From a virus (lineage: Duplodnaviria > Heunggongvirae > Uroviricota > Caudoviricetes), in the IMG/VR virus record IMGVR_UViG_2541047936_000006, positions 1-15,520 of that record: a stretch of 15,520 bases of DNA, one strand, 5' to 3'. Each line of letters begins with the position of its first letter. Within the stretch, counting starts at the first letter, position 1. This document shows positions 8,665 through 15,520 of the stretch, in pieces. Made by a program: the position numbers and the translations under genes. A model generated the notes under the pieces. That model did not search any database. It had not been told where the DNA came from and saw only the letters and a program-made list of their open reading frames with translations.

Positions 8665-10925
8665 GTAACAAAGAAAGACCAATAAAAATAATTGAGGCGA
8701 CACCTCAAGATTTTACTGAAAAAACATATAATTTCGGAAAGAAACAACCTATCCGAACAGTAACAACTAGTCTAAAAAATAGACTCAAACAAGAAGTCGA
8801 TGACGTTAAAAATTTTTTCCAGAGCTCATTTAAAAAATGGCCCAATATACCGGCGGTGGCTAGAGTTACTCTTCATGAAAAAGCTCTTGCTAAGTCACAT
8901 CGCCCATCAAGCCTATTAGGTGATAATACATGTCCCGTAATAGGCAGTGATAATTTTGGAGAATTACTTATAAGTGTTACTGAAAAAGGGTTAGCACAAC
9001 TTCGCAAAAAAATTGAAAATAGCACTAATTCTCATAATGGGACAGTACATATTGCTGTAATTGAAAAGATCGAACCTTTTAGTCTTAACCATGATGTTAT
9101 AGATAAAAATAAATCAGATAGTTTTCTTCTGAAACTCTTTGACCATAAAGATAGAACAACTAACCGCAGTATCGACAAAGAATTAATGGAATTTGCAGAT
9201 GAACTAGGAATACAAAAACCCAAAAAGTATGATATCAGTTCAGATTTGAGTATATATGAAGTAAAAGGGAATGATAACATCGCCCAACTGGCAAGTTTTA
9301 TTGGCATACGAAAATTAGAACCTATGCCAACATTTGGTCTTACTCATACAGTATCGCAATATATTCCTGCTGAAACTCTAGACCTAGATGATTTTCCCTT
9401 ACCTCAAGAGGATAAACATTATCCACTACTCGGAATTATAGATAGCGGAGTCGATCCCAATAACAACATACTTAGGCCATGGATTTGGGATAGTTTAGAT
9501 TTAGTAAAAGGAGAACACGACTATTCTCATGGGAACATGGTTGCAAGTTTAGCAATTAATGGAAGATGGTTGAATAACTATGCTGGTTTTCCTCAATGCC
9601 AAGCTGAAATTGTTGATGTTGCAGCCTTTCCCAAAGATGGTACGCTCAAATTGCCACAATTAATGAAAGCTATCCGAGAGGCTGTGACCACCTATCCAGA
9701 AGTACGTGTATGGAATCTGTCATTAGGTTGTCAATCCCCATGTTCTGAAGACAGCTTCTCTGAATTGGGGCATTTTTTAAATGCACTTCATGATGAGCAT
9801 GATTGTCTTTTCGTCGTAGCATCCGGCAACTACATTTATGATCCTCAACGAACCTGGCCTCCTCAAGAATTAGGTGGGCATGACAGAATATCAGCCCCCG
9901 CAGATTCTGTTCGTTCATTAACTGTTGGCTCAGTTGCCCATTTAGAATCGTCTGACTCTGTGGTCAAAAGATTTGAACCTTCATCTTTTTCTAGAAGAGG
10001 TCCCGGCCCAGCCTTTATACCCAAACCAGAGATAAATCACTTTGGAGGTAATTGTGACAGTAAATTAAACTGTGAACATACCGGAATCATAGCTATTGGC
10101 GAGGACAATGCTCTTTGCGAAAGTATTGGCACAAGTTTATCAGCACCGTTAATCTCAAGTTTAGCGGCATCACTGTGGCATGAACTAGATGTTAATGGTT
10201 CTATTTCACCATCGCCTGAACGTATCAAGGCACTATTAATTCATTCTGCGTTAAAAAACTCACCAGCCAAAACGGAGCATTATGCGTTTAATTATCAAGG
10301 ATTTGGACGCCCAAGCGATCATATAAATGATATTATTGGTTGCAATAAAAATGAGATTACATTTCTATTTGAAATAGATACCCGAGAAGGTATTGAATTC
10401 AGTAGAACGCCATTTGTAATACCACAGTCATTACGTACTGAGGATGGAAAATTCACAGGTGAAATTATTATGACACTCGTTTATTCTCCACCGCTTGATT
10501 ATGACTACCCATCTGAATATTGCCGTTCTAATGTGGATGTGTCATTCGGGACTTACACTTATGATCCAGTTAACGCTAAATGGATACATAGCGGAAAAAT
10601 TCCACAAATAAAAGAAAAGAGTGAATTATTTGAAAAGGTACTGATAGAAAATGGCTTCAAATGGTCTCCAGTCAAAGTTTATAGAAAACAATTTCCGCAA
10701 GGTATAAATGGGGAGCAATGGAGACTTAAACTTGATGTTCAGAGACGAGCAGAGCAAGAGCCTCTATCTTCACCTCAACGTGCTGTATTGGCTATTACGT
10801 TAAGATCTCTTGCCAATTCTACTACAGTCTACAACGAAGCCGAGGTTGAAATAAATAATCTTGGTTGGAAAGAAACTGATATTGTTGTTCGTGAACAACC
10901 AAAAATCAGGATTCGTCAAAAATAA
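8661..10925 (+). CDS. Subtilisin-like serine peptidase (S8 family), 754 aa, with large extra N- and C-terminal regions (candidate IetS-like)
   Basis: The catalytic triad appears in the canonical order D-H-S: Asp261 in GIIDSGVD (nt 9441-9443), His290 in HGNMVAS (9528-9530), Ser492 in GTSLSAP (10134-10136), with an ASGN oxyanion-hole motif. About 250 aa N-terminal and about 220 aa C-terminal have no recognisable motifs. AT-rich codon usage. Confidence 0.9.
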   Translation: MSNKERPIKIIEATPQDFTEKTYNFGKKQPIRTVTTSLKNRLKQEVDDVKNFFQSSFKKWPNIPAVARVTLHEKALAKSHRPSSLLGDNTCPVIGSDNFGELLISVTEKGLAQLRKKIENSTNSHNGTVHIAVIEKIEPFSLNHDVIDKNKSDSFLLKLFDHKDRTTNRSIDKELMEFADELGIQKPKKYDISSDLSIYEVKGNDNIAQLASFIGIRKLEPMPTFGLTHTVSQYIPAETLDLDDFPLPQEDKHYPLLGIIDSGVDPNNNILRPWIWDSLDLVKGEHDYSHGNMVASLAINGRWLNNYAGFPQCQAEIVDVAAFPKDGTLKLPQLMKAIREAVTTYPEVRVWNLSLGCQSPCSEDSFSELGHFLNALHDEHDCLFVVASGNYIYDPQRTWPPQELGGHDRISAPADSVRSLTVGSVAHLESSDSVVKRFEPSSFSRRGPGPAFIPKPEINHFGGNCDSKLNCEHTGIIAIGEDNALCESIGTSLSAPLISSLAASLWHELDVNGSISPSPERIKALLIHSALKNSPAKTEHYAFNYQGFGRPSDHINDIIGCNKNEITFLFEIDTREGIEFSRTPFVIPQSLRTEDGKFTGEIIMTLVYSPPLDYDYPSEYCRSNVDVSFGTYTYDPVNAKWIHSGKIPQIKEKSELFEKVLIENGFKWSPVKVYRKQFPQGINGEQWRLKLDVQRRAEQEPLSSPQRAVLAITLRSLANSTTVYNEAEVEINNLGWKETDIVVREQPKIRIRQK

Positions 10926-10930
10926 GCATT

Positions 10931-10955
10931 ATGGTCACCTTTTATAGGTGACCAT
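10931..10955. terminator. Hairpin between the convergent cargo operons (possible bidirectional terminator)
   Basis: ATGGTCACC (10931-10939), loop TTTTATA, GGTGACCAT (10947-10955); a perfect 9-bp stem between the stop at 10925 and the stop at 10959. There is no strong U-tract on either side. Confidence 0.45.
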
Positions 10956-10958
10956 TTA

Positions 10959-11720
10959 CTACACCTTATTATTTTCAACTATTTTATGAATATCCATATC
11001 AAACCAAGAAACTTGCGAAATTTCTTTTAGTGGAAAGATGATACTAGTATCAGCATCCTCAAGCTCTCTATATTCATTCACCAAGATTACTTTCAATGAA
11101 TCCTTATCTCTATACCCAGAGATAATAGGATAGATTGAAACATACTGGTTAGGTCCTTCTTTCTCGTTAGGCTCACCTAATGCGTTAACAATTCCTACAT
11201 ATGTCTTTTTATTTTGCAACGTAATAAGTATTGAACGTCTATCAACTAACGAATCAAAAAATATTTCATCCATTGGATTATCATTAATAAGCTCTTGCCT
11301 CATCCTTAGCATGACAAGATTCTCATAATCAATATTGGCAGCCTTTACCCCTTGGATATAATTTATAATTTTAGCTCTATATATAACCAAATATCTAGCA
11401 CCGACACTCCATATCCAAGCCAAAAATATCGTTCCACATGAAAGTAAAATCATCCATCCTATGATTCTTTCAGTACCATTGTCACTAAGTTTGAGATCTA
11501 ATTGTTCCCGAACCATCGTGACAGGATGGAAGCTCGGACATATCCATTTTATTAAGTAAGCTATAATCAATGTCCATATAAAACACCACAGACCAAAGGC
11601 GGCTGACTTCATATATAACAACTGCCCATCATAACGGTGTAATCTATAGAAATGATAAGGATGAGTGGTTAATACAATATAACCACTCACAAGTAATGGA
11701 ATAATTAATAAAGCAAACAT
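10959..11720 (-). CDS. Uncharacterised membrane protein, 253 aa: three predicted N-terminal TM helices plus a soluble C-terminal domain of about 145 aa
   Basis: ATG at 11720. Hydrophobic stretches are FALLIIPLLVSGYIVLTT, AAFGLWCFIWTLIIAYLIKWI and IIGWMILLSCGTIFLAWIWSV. Its start lies 2 nt after the stop of the upstream small ORF (TAATAATG). No family recognised. Confidence 0.7.
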   Translation of the reverse strand: MFALLIIPLLVSGYIVLTTHPYHFYRLHRYDGQLLYMKSAAFGLWCFIWTLIIAYLIKWICPSFHPVTMVREQLDLKLSDNGTERIIGWMILLSCGTIFLAWIWSVGARYLVIYRAKIINYIQGVKAANIDYENLVMLRMRQELINDNPMDEIFFDSLVDRRSILITLQNKKTYVGIVNALGEPNEKEGPNQYVSIYPIISGYRDKDSLKVILVNEYRELEDADTSIIFPLKEISQVSWFDMDIHKIVENNKV

Positions 11721-11722
11721 TA

Positions 11723-11959
11723 TTAATTCCCTTTAGCCATTTTTTCTTCTTGCTTTACCTGCTCAGAAACTATTTTTCTTGCTTTAATTTTCATCAATTT
11801 TACTGTATCTGAGCTTGCCAAGTCTTCTTTAGATGTGATAATCGCGCCTCGACCTACCACCTCAACAGTGTTTGTTCCAGATGCTTCAAGCCTCCTCGCC
11901 AGTTCTCTTTCCTTTTCAATAGCAGCTTTACCTATAATACGTTCAAATATATTCATCAT
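11723..11959 (-). CDS. Small charged hypothetical protein, 78 aa, first gene of a two-gene operon
   Basis: ATGATG start at 11959/11956 with a strong SD (GGAGG about 6 nt upstream on the minus strand). The stop is tightly coupled to the membrane-protein start. Sequence MMNIFERIIGKAAIEKERELARRLEASGTNTVEVVGRG...; no family recognised. Confidence 0.6.
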   Translation of the reverse strand: MMNIFERIIGKAAIEKERELARRLEASGTNTVEVVGRGAIITSKEDLASSDTVKLMKIKARKIVSEQVKQEEKMAKGN

Positions 11960-12050
11960 TTAACCTCCACTTGATTGATGCCAAGATAGTAATCACCTCC
12001 TCACAATATCTTACCAACCTAACAATTAACAGAACACTGTGTATAAGTCC

Positions 12051-12078
12051 AGTATAGTTTAATTAATAAATTAGGCAA
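12051..12078 (-). promoter_or_regulatory. Candidate sigma70 promoter for the minus-strand two-gene operon
   Basis: On the minus strand: TTGCCT (-35), a 16-nt spacer, TATACT (-10), about 90 nt upstream of the ATG at 11959 in an AT-rich intergenic region. Found by eye only. Confidence 0.3.
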
Positions 12079-12473
12079 ATCTATCAAAATGGTATTTTGT
12101 TAAAAATTCAGCTAACTCTGAGGTTGGTAAAACAGTCCACCAGATGTATCGCTAAAGCACTTAGAAACCACTATAACCATCCTAAGTGTACCAGTCAGTC
12201 TGTTTGTCTAATCGCATCACTATGCTCGTTATTCTATCCCCCGCCAATCCTGAGCTGGCTGCGTTCTCTATCGTCTGCGTGGTGGCGGTGCAGCGCTGGG
12301 CTGACCGATATAGTTAAGCCATACGTAATTATCCCGGACTATTTCGGCACACCCGACCAGCTCATCGGGCGTCAGATTTTCGTTGACCATAATCTGCTGT
12401 AGACGGTGAACAATGGCCATCAGCTTGATATTTTTAGTTTTATGCTGCGGTATCTCGCCTGGTATTCTGTGCA

Positions 12474-12929
12474 TTATCCAAGCCACCCGTTTTGCTGTGC
12501 ACGCTCCACCTGTTCATCTGAATAGTTCCATATCCCATCCGCACCAACCACTGCCCCGCCAGACATCCCCGTCTCTGGTTCATACACAACAGCAAGGCCG
12601 AGCTGATGCATAATTTCATGATTAATTCTGAATACCAGACCACGCTCACTAAGTTCTTTCCAGTTCACAAACTCATATGCGCCTGTATTAAGCAGCTCAA
12701 TACTTAGCAAGACATAATCTTCCAGCCAGTCTGACAAGTCAGTAACATCTGTTATCCGGGCTTCAACCTTTCGCCCCGTATACACACCCTGCACCCATTC
12801 ATGCAAAATCAACGTGTCCCCGCGCTCATAATTACGGTCATTTTTCCGAAACTCTGCGCGTTTCTTTCCTTCCAGCACAAGGTCAAAATATTTTGCGTGC
12901 AGCTTTACCTCGTGAATTTTTGCCATCAT
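12474..12929 (-). CDS. DUF3850-like (ASCH/PUA-like fold) domain protein, about 151 aa
   Basis: MAKIHEVKLHAKYFDLVLEGKKRAEFRKNDRNYERGDTLILHEW...YTGRKVEARITDV matches the DUF3850 consensus as I recall it. ATG at 12929 with GGAG about 9 nt upstream; it overlaps the stop of the A fragment (ATGATG/TGA). The track ORF starts at a GTG at 12962. Confidence 0.65.
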   Translation of the reverse strand: MMAKIHEVKLHAKYFDLVLEGKKRAEFRKNDRNYERGDTLILHEWVQGVYTGRKVEARITDVTDLSDWLEDYVLLSIELLNTGAYEFVNWKELSERGLVFRINHEIMHQLGLAVVYEPETGMSGGAVVGADGIWNYSDEQVERAQQNGWLG

Positions 12930-14038
12930 TTCCACTCCATTACTGTTGAGAATCCCGGCCACTCATCAGCGACCGGATACGTGAATTTTTTCCCGTCATA
13001 ATTTACGGTCGCGCCACGCGCCAGCGCCTCAAGCTCCCATCGCTGCGGCCTGATACCGTTCTGAGCAAGGTCAACGCGGATACGGGTAATTTGCATTCTT
13101 TCCGACCGGGTCAGTCTGGCCGATGGTGCAATTTCATGTGGTTTTAACGGGCTTCCGTTTCTTTGCTGACGGTTTGGCGTTCTCAGGTCGTGTTTTAATG
13201 CACCCCTGAGCGCCCTCACGACCTCCGGGTCATTCCATTCGATAACACCATCATCAACCAGATTAAGCACTGCTGCGGCGTGTTCAGAAGGCGTGGGAGC
13301 CGGTGACGAAGTATCACCACTGGTGAGCTTTCCACAGTTATTGACAGGACTCCGAGGCGCGGCGATGCCGCTTTTTAAAGTCAAAGGCTCAACGACCGGC
13401 ACTTTCGGAACAATGCGCCAGTCCGTGGTTCTGGTGATATGAATATGACGCGCGCCGAGATGCGGCGCGTAAATGCCGACCACTCTCTCGACTTCTTCCT
13501 CGTACTCGTTAACTTCATCCGACGGACTACGGGCGACCCTGACAGTCTGACAATCGCGCGAGACATTTGCCCCACCCTGCGCGCTGATATACAGCGCAAA
13601 ATCACCACTGTCTGCGGCGGCGCGTGCAGCCTCGACGCGCTCGTCAAACTCATCAGCAATGCTGACGCCGCGAGGCAATTTGCGTAGTTCACGGTAAGCC
13701 CCCATTGTCGGCAGACCAACCGTTTTAAATTGCGGGATGCGCCACGTTGACGCCCATGCGGTAACAGCCGCCGCAGTATCTTTCAGCGGTCTGCCGGTAT
13801 CGTTATCGAGCTGACCATCCAGTGCATAGCCGTCGATATTTTTTGAAATGTATTTCGCGATATATCCCGCAGCACCGCCCCGGTTACCGATGTAAAGAGC
13901 AAAACCTTCTTTCGACAGCAAATCAGATGGGCGCTCTGAAATCTGAATGCTTTTACGTTTGGCTTCATTTTCGAAACTTGCCTCATCGCTAGTTGGACAA
14001 GAAATTTCTACATTTGTCGTCACTTTGCTATCCTCCAT
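12926..14038 (-). CDS. Replication initiation endonuclease gpA family, C-terminal portion only (about 370 aa against 761 aa in P2)
   Basis: Contains the rolling-circle initiator active-site Tyr motif GYIAKYISKNIDG about 60 residues from the start, where P2 gpA has its catalytic Tyr near residue 450. No cox or B gene lies upstream. Possible starts are the ATG at 14038 or the GTG at 14023 (GGAGGA 8 nt upstream). Confidence 0.65.
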   Translation of the reverse strand: MEDSKVTTNVEISCPTSDEASFENEAKRKSIQISERPSDLLSKEGFALYIGNRGGAAGYIAKYISKNIDGYALDGQLDNDTGRPLKDTAAAVTAWASTWRIPQFKTVGLPTMGAYRELRKLPRGVSIADEFDERVEAARAAADSGDFALYISAQGGANVSRDCQTVRVARSPSDEVNEYEEEVERVVGIYAPHLGARHIHITRTTDWRIVPKVPVVEPLTLKSGIAAPRSPVNNCGKLTSGDTSSPAPTPSEHAAAVLNLVDDGVIEWNDPEVVRALRGALKHDLRTPNRQQRNGSPLKPHEIAPSARLTRSERMQITRIRVDLAQNGIRPQRWELEALARGATVNYDGKKFTYPVADEWPGFSTVMEWK

Positions 14039-14060
14039 AAGATTTGCGATTCACCAACTG

Positions 14061-14085
14061 GAGCCATCTAGAGCCTTTTTGAGCG
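14061..14085. promoter_or_regulatory. Three 10-bp-phased direct repeats (GAGCC/GAGCC/GAGCG) in the switch region; candidate C-repressor operator
   Basis: GAGCCatcta GAGCCttttt GAGCGaatca at 14061, 14071 and 14081, between the divergent A fragment and C. P2-family repressors are known to bind direct rather than inverted repeats. A TATAAT hexamer lies at 14109-14114. Confidence 0.4.
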
Positions 14086-14131
14086 AATCACAAATTGCCA
14101 AGTAACAATATAATTGGAGATTAGCAAAATT

Positions 14132-14431
14132 ATGTCAAGTGAACAAAGTGAGAAACTAAAGCTCATCCGTGAATCCGAACGCCTTAAAACTAAGGAACTT
14201 GCTGAATTAATTGGAATTAATTACTACACATATCATGGATATGAATCAGGAAAATCAAAAATGCCTATGGAAGCAGGTATGAAGCTGTTTAAGCATCCAC
14301 GCTTTCGCAAGTATCGTGACTGGTTCATGTTTGATGAAACAGATCCAGCAGCTGGACAAATAGCCCCGGCTCTCGCACACATTGGGCAAGACTCAACAAC
14401 CTTGCACCACTCAGACCAGAAGACTGGCTGA
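14132..14431 (+). CDS. C: Immunity repressor C (P2 C family), 99 aa
   Basis: ATG at 14132 with GGAG 12 nt upstream; the track starts at a TTG at 14114. The C-terminus ...AGQIAPALAHIGQDSTTLHHSDQKTG parallels P2 C (...SGQIAPALAHFGQNETTSPHSGQKTG), with an HTH-like segment near the N-terminus. Confidence 0.8.
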   Translation: MSSEQSEKLKLIRESERLKTKELAELIGINYYTYHGYESGKSKMPMEAGMKLFKHPRFRKYRDWFMFDETDPAAGQIAPALAHIGQDSTTLHHSDQKTG

Positions 14432-14524
14432 CGATTTATTCAGCATATGTGTGTAGTAAATGTACGAAAGAAAATTGCATTAATTTTCAAGTAGTAGAAG
14501 TAAACAGCGTCATCGGAGGGCTTT

Positions 14525-15520
14525 ATGTCTATTAAAAAGCTCGATGATGGTCGTTATGAAGTGGACGTCAGACCGCAGGGTGCAGATGGAAAACGTATCA
14601 GGCGGAAATTTAAAACTAAAGGTGAAGCTCAAGCATTCGAACGTCATGTACTGGTTAACTACCACAACAAAGAGTGGTTGGAGAAACCAGCCGACCGCCG
14701 AACTCTTACAGAGTTGTTAGGCAGATGGTGGATATATCACGGAAAATCACATGAGCGTGGAGATATTGAACGGGGGCGTTTAACGACAATAATCGCCAAA
14801 TTTGCAGAAATGGGAGTGTCCAGAGCTGACCAGCTAACAAAGAAAACGATAACTGATTATCGCGTTGTAATGATGAACGATGGTCTGAAACCAGCCAGCG
14901 TAAATCGACATCTGGCAATAATGAGCGGGATGTTCACCAAGTTAATTGACGCCGGTGAATACCACTCTCACAACCCGTTCCGTGAGATTAAACGGTTACG
15001 TGAAGCTGTTACGGAAATGGCTTTTTTGTCCAGTGAAGAGATTACGCGGCTGTTATCCATGCTTGATGGTGATGAATTAAATGCAACTCTGGTCTGCCTT
15101 TCTACTGGTGGACGCTGGAGTGAAGTATCTAATTTAAAAGCTGAACACATCATTAACCAGATGGTTACGTTTATGAAAACTAAAAACGGAAAACGCAGGA
15201 CAATTCCCGTTTCGCAGGACCTGATTAAACGGATCAAGACCAAAAATTCAGGCAGGCTTTTTAATGCCAGTTACTACAAAGTGCGTAACGCTCTCAGGGA
15301 AGTAAAACCCGATTTACCTGACGGACAAGCAGTACATGTTTTGAGGCATACATTTGCCACACATTTTATAATGAATGGAGGTAACATAATCACATTGCAG
15401 CGCATCCTGGGTCATTCTAACATTCAGCAAACTATGACCTACGCACACTTTGCACCGGATTTCTTACAAGATGCTGTGACTCTTAACCCGGTGTCAGGAA
15501 TGTCCATAATGCGTCCATAA
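14525..15520 (+). CDS. int: Tyrosine integrase (P2 Int family), 331 aa
   Basis: GGAGGG SD precedes the ATG at 14525. The catalytic box HVLRHTFATH and the Tyr in ...QQTMTYAHF (nt 15440-15442) are present. It is downstream of C as in P2, and its stop coincides with the window end. Confidence 0.9.
   Translation: MSIKKLDDGRYEVDVRPQGADGKRIRRKFKTKGEAQAFERHVLVNYHNKEWLEKPADRRTLTELLGRWWIYHGKSHERGDIERGRLTTIIAKFAEMGVSRADQLTKKTITDYRVVMMNDGLKPASVNRHLAIMSGMFTKLIDAGEYHSHNPFREIKRLREAVTEMAFLSSEEITRLLSMLDGDELNATLVCLSTGGRWSEVSNLKAEHIINQMVTFMKTKNGKRRTIPVSQDLIKRIKTKNSGRLFNASYYKVRNALREVKPDLPDGQAVHVLRHTFATHFIMNGGNIITLQRILGHSNIQQTMTYAHFAPDFLQDAVTLNPVSGMSIMRP

Noticed and set aside
12097-12402. 101-aa plus-strand ORF in the intergenic region
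   Set aside because: Cys/Trp/Ser-rich, junk-like translation with no RBS, spanning the AT-rich to GC-rich boundary.
13381-13719. ORFs 13381..13719 (-) and 13439..13687 (+) inside the A fragment
   Set aside because: Alternative frames of the gpA-family coding region.
1-15520. CRISPR arrays, tRNA/rRNA genes, IS elements
   Set aside because: No short regularly spaced repeats, no tRNA-like cloverleaf candidates and no transposase-like ORF were seen; the only recombinases are the phage integrase and the invertase remnant.

Overview
The window is a defective P2-family prophage read in reverse orientation, carrying an AT-rich cargo island at the position where P2 has its old/tin genes. All calls rest on reading the six-frame translations and the DNA by eye; no searches or computations were run, and family assignments are from memory of P2 proteins and motifs. 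Left to right: ogr (-), decayed remnants of tail genes D and V (-), a gpS-like tail-completion gene (-), the head genes M, N, O (-), the divergent late-promoter region, P and Q (+), a terminator and the 19-nt P2 cos sequence, the cargo (about 7300-12230), a DUF3850-like gene and a 5'-truncated replication gene A (-), the switch region, the C repressor and the integrase (+). The cargo holds two candidate systems: a translationally coupled classical AAA ATPase plus S8 subtilisin-like peptidase operon, which I recall as the 'ietAS' architecture from a 2020 defence screen (unverified), and a convergent, uncharacterised operon of a 78-aa protein plus a three-helix membrane protein. Relative to P2, the head-completion, lysis and most tail genes are missing, as are cox, B and the N-terminal half of A. 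No rRNA, tRNA or CRISPR array was seen.
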